Positions 61,416 to 64,000 of a stretch of DNA of 64,000 nucleotides are shown one piece after another; the first letter of the stretch is position 1, and each line of letters starts with the position of its first letter. This stretch comes from an uncultured Verrucomicrobiae bacterium. Its GTDB lineage: Bacteria; Verrucomicrobiota; Verrucomicrobiia; Limisphaerales; Palsa-1400. A model generated the notes under the pieces. That model was not told the DNA's origin. It did no database searches and saw only the letters and a list, made by a program, of their open reading frames with translations. Position numbers and translations under genes: made by a program. Location: the NCBI GenBank assembly GCA_963707025.1, contig CAVPOM010000017.1, positions 128,001 to 192,000 on the forward strand. The letters are read 5' to 3'.

Positions 61416-63982
61416 ATGATACACGAGGCCGGCCAGCTCAAAATGATCGGGATTGATCCTGTCGAGGAAACACGCTTCCTGGTGTGCAAACGCGACGGGT
61501 CCCGCGAGGATTTCAATGAGGCGCGCATTTTCATGGCCATCGAATGCGCCTTCAAAGCAGTCCATGGTGTTGGCCCCGATGAGCCGCTGCCGGAGGAGTT
61601 GCTGGCGGCCGTAGCGAAAACGGCGGAGGCTGTGGCGGAACGGGTGCTGAGCGGGGCCATCAAAGGCCAACCGCTGGAGGTGGAACGCATCCAGGATGTG
61701 GCGGAGGAACAATTGATGCGGGACGGACATTGGAAAGTAGCGCGAAGTTATATTCTTTATCGCGAGGAGCGGCGGCGAGCGCGGGTGGAACGGGAAAAAT
61801 CCGCCCCGCCAGTCCCGCCCCCCGCAAAGCCCCCGATTTGCGCACCGGAGCCGACGCCGCCGGCCACGGCACCCTCCCGCTTGCTGACTTGGGCGGCGGC
61901 GGCCTGCCGCGGATTGGAGGAGTGGTGCTCGATAGAAGATTTGGCAGAGGAGGCTTCGCGGCGGGCGCGGAGGGGCGTCGAGGATCTGGAAAAAGCGATG
62001 GAACTGGCGGCGGACTCGCGCCTGGGGGCGGACCCAGCCTATGACACGGTGGCGGCCCGCGTGCGGTTAAGCAGGATTTACCGGCAGGCCCTGCCCCAAT
62101 TGAAGGAGGGCGGGGAGGTGGAGCCGGTCTGCCGCCGGAGTTTCAGCGATTACATCCAGGAAGCGATTCGTAAAGGGCTGCTGGCGCCGGAGATGGCTGG
62201 TTTTGATCTGGAATCCCTGGCCAAGGGATTGCAACTGAAACGCGACGGGCAATTCAGCGCAACGGGCCTGGAGGTGTTGTCCGCCGACTATCTGTTGCGG
62301 GACAAAGGCCGGTGCCTGGAAACTCCCCAGTACTTTTGGATGCGCCTGGCCATGGGGCTGGCGTTGCGGGAAGGAGCGCAGGCGGGGGAACGCGCGCTGG
62401 AGTTTTATGAGGCGCTCTCCTCGTTTGCTTTTGTGCCTTCCGCGCCGCTGCTCTTCAACGCGGGCACGCCGCAACCTCACTTGGCAGCCTGTTTTACGGC
62501 CACGGCATGGAATGATCTGGAACACATCACCGCGCATCCGGGCGGCCGGATGAGCGAACGAATCCGCACCGGCCTCACCTGCTCCTGGCTGGAGCCGTGG
62601 CATATCGGCATGCCCGATTTTCTGGCGCATCCGCGGCCCGGCGAGGAGCCGTGGAACCAGGATCTGAACAAGGGCGGCTGGATTCCCGACCTGTTCATGC
62701 GGCGCGTCCGGGAAGGAGGCGGCTGGACGCTGTTCGACCCGCTGGAGGTGCCCGATTTGCACCGGCTTTTTGGCGCCGCCTTCGAGGCGCGTTTCCTCCG
62801 ATATGAAGCCAAGGCGGCCCGCGGCGAAATGAAGGAATTTCGGCAAGTCCCCGCGCTGGAACTGTGGGGCCAAATGCTGGCCTGTCTGGCCGGGACCGGG
62901 CAGCCATGGGTGGCCTTCAAGGACACCGCCAATGTCCGCTCGCTCCAGGATTCCGTCGGAGCGGTGCGCAGCGCCCAACTGGACGCCGGCACCCTGCTCC
63001 ACACCCCGGCCGCCTGCAGCCTGGGCGCGATCAACCTGGCGGCGCATGTGGGTGAACTGGGCCTGGACGCGGCGCGGCTGGGCCGGACGGTTGGGACGGC
63101 GATGCGTATGCTTGACAATGCCCTGGACCTCAGCGCCTGGCCCACGCCCGCCCTCCGGGCGGCCAGCCAGGAACAGCGCGCCGCCGGGCTGGGGATCACC
63201 GGTTTTCAGGAGGCGCTTTATCAATTGCGCCTGGGCTACGGCAGCGCCGCCGGGGCGGAATTTGCCGACCGCAGCATGGAATTGATTTCGCATGGGGCGA
63301 TCCTGGCCTCCACGGCGCTGGCGCAGGAGCGCGGCCCGTTCCCGGCTTATGCCGGGTCAAGATGGAGCACCGGCCTGCTGCCCGCCGATGCGCTGGAGTT
63401 GCTGGAAAAGCAGCGCGGGGCCGGCTGACGCTGGACCGGTCGGGCTGCCTGGATTGGACCTTGGTGCGCGAGAGCATCAAACGTCACGGCATGCGCAACG
63501 GCGCCGTCACCGCCATCGGGCCGGCGCTGGAAGGCTCCTGGATTGCCGGGGTGACGCCCTCCATCGAGCCGGCGGGGAGGGCCGTGTTCGGCGAGGGGGC
63601 GGGCGGCAGCCGCGGGGCGTGGAACCTGCATCTGGTGGAGGATTTGCGGCGGCTGCATTTGTGGGACGCTGCCATGCGGGAGGAGTTGCGCCAGAACGAG
63701 CACTCCATCCAGCAGATCAAACGGATTCCAGATTCCTTGCGGGAAATTTACCGGACGGCTTTTGAAATCGAGCCGCACTGGCTGATTGAATGCGCCGCGC
63801 GCCGCCAAAAATGGATTGACCAGGGCCAGACCCTGAACCTCTATGCGCCGGATGCGCGCTGGGAAGCCATCTCGGAAATTTACATGCTGGCTTGGGAGAT
63901 GGGATTGAAAACGACCAACCGGCTCCGCGTCCCCAGCCGGCTCCGCGCCAGAAACCGCCGGGAAAAAGCGCGCCGGCGATAA
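61416..63982 (+). CDS. Class I ribonucleotide reductase alpha-subunit homolog with ATP cone, apparently catalytically inactive (frameshift ~63422)
   Basis: CKRDG ATP cone, ETPQYFWMRLAMGL, LFNAGT, WIPDLFM, HGMRN, RQKWIDQGQTLN; SNLCxE is replaced by AQLDAG and TTYY by TTNR. Confidence 0.85.
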
Positions 63983-64000
63983 CCGTCACGGTATCCGCAA

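Overview
GC-rich bacterial chromosomal window. Gene content (prepilin/H-X9-DG protein, MoxR/BatA/DUF4159 operon, GTP-type PEPCK, PUR protein, hpnD) suggests Verrucomicrobiota/PVC; this is inference. It carries housekeeping genes (ligA, thrS, nadD, rsfS, pckG, hpnD, coaC-like), a 16 kb MoxR/vWA operon, signalling genes and many small repeats. Several single-base frameshifts, including one in nadD, look like long-read errors. Main result: an ~11 kb segment (44951-56026), bracketed by two direct copies of a ~135 bp REP/MITE element, holds a tRNA-Sec gene and four genes with an in-frame TGA. Each TGA is followed at identical spacing by the same SECIS-like hairpin (loop RTGGC at +21 to +25, compensatory stem changes). 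Three are paralogous exported proteins with an FG-U-(G/D)G-x-C-x-x-SWR-x-P motif. The fourth is a small membrane protein ending CPT-U-MK, upstream of a membrane 4Fe-4S protein. Together they look like a hidden extracytoplasmic selenoprotein system that standard ORF calling truncates. Also notable: a four-helix-bundle gene enclosed by inverted 7-mer arrays inside that operon, related empty inverted-array elements, and a ribonucleotide reductase alpha homolog lacking the radical Cys/Glu, the YY pair and the specificity region. Novelty cannot be confirmed without database searches.
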